A DNA stretch of 63,463 bases from Parcubacteria group bacterium Greene0714_7 (GTDB lineage: Bacteria > Patescibacteriota > Minisyncoccia > Phycocordibacterales > Phycocordibacteraceae), in the NCBI GenBank assembly GCA_007378985.1, contig VMHB01000004.1, positions 1,012-64,474 on the forward strand, in the 5' to 3' direction. The position numbers were made by a program, and so were the translations under genes. The notes beneath the pieces are model-generated. The model was not told the origin of the DNA, made no database searches, and saw nothing but the letters and a program-made list of their open reading frames with translations. Positions 63,451-63,463 of this stretch are shown piece by piece (position 1 is the stretch's first letter; each line of letters starts with the position of its first letter).

Positions 63451-63463
63451 CGGCTCATTTGTT

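Noticed and set aside
1-63463. CRISPR array or cas genes
   Set aside because: There is no series of regularly spaced direct repeats anywhere. All repeats seen are inverted repeats, palindromes or heptads. The Cas2-like impression of the WDGRW..FDIPE module in the two regulators fits the PaaX family better, and no cas1 or effector genes are present.
1-63463. Alternative genetic code (UGA recoding as in some CPR lineages)
   Set aside because: TGA terminates many well-conserved proteins at their expected C-termini (rmlA, GT2, the C-methyltransferase, GIY-YIG). It is also used in ATGA overlaps. No conserved domain needs read-through of TGA.

Overview
This segment looks like part of a compact-genome, Patescibacteria/CPR-like bacterial chromosome. 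That assignment is inferred from gene content only. The standard genetic code applies: TGA, TAA and TAG all end well-conserved C-termini. There are about 60 genes, nearly all on the minus strand, and many are joined by ATGA stop/start overlaps.

Gene order along the window:
- a 3'-partial giant surface-fibre gene and a MerR-like HTH gene
- secA, a tiny Lys-rich ORF and murB
- a ~0.8-kb gene-free, highly structured region
- a ~40-kb envelope-glycan locus. It holds many GT4/GT2 glycosyltransferases, GT-C type membrane transferases, two Wzy/O-antigen-ligase-TPR fusions, a Wzx-like flippase, GtrA, gmd, rmlA/rmlB with a 2,6-dideoxy/3-C-methyl-hexose branch, methyltransferases and a deacetylase.
- a RelE/ParD-type TA pair and tandem YvcK paralogs
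- an LTD surface protein with a VirD4/TraD-like ATPase, and a large lipase-like exoprotein
- small kinase, NUDIX, EEP and GFA genes
- an ArsR-rhodanese-rhodanese-MBL sulfur operon
- a hairpin-rich non-coding end

Most unusual observations:
1. At least six short elements have terminal inverted repeats and target-site duplications. They are inserted exactly at start codons or ATGA gene junctions. Their interiors stay open as bridge/leader ORFs that restore translational coupling, and one carries a GIY-YIG nuclease gene.
2. Two paralogous PaaX-like regulators each have a private ~42-bp palindrome. These occur in 3-4 copies at fixed distances upstream of neighbouring transcription units, with compensatory arm changes between copies.
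3. TAG-containing heptad repeats directly after stop codons place stops in all three frames.
4. A ~500-nt structured non-coding RNA candidate could not be classified.
5. Three gene disruptions all fall in short G/C runs.

No CRISPR array, rRNA or convincing tRNA was seen. All homology calls are from motif recognition by eye. No database search was run.
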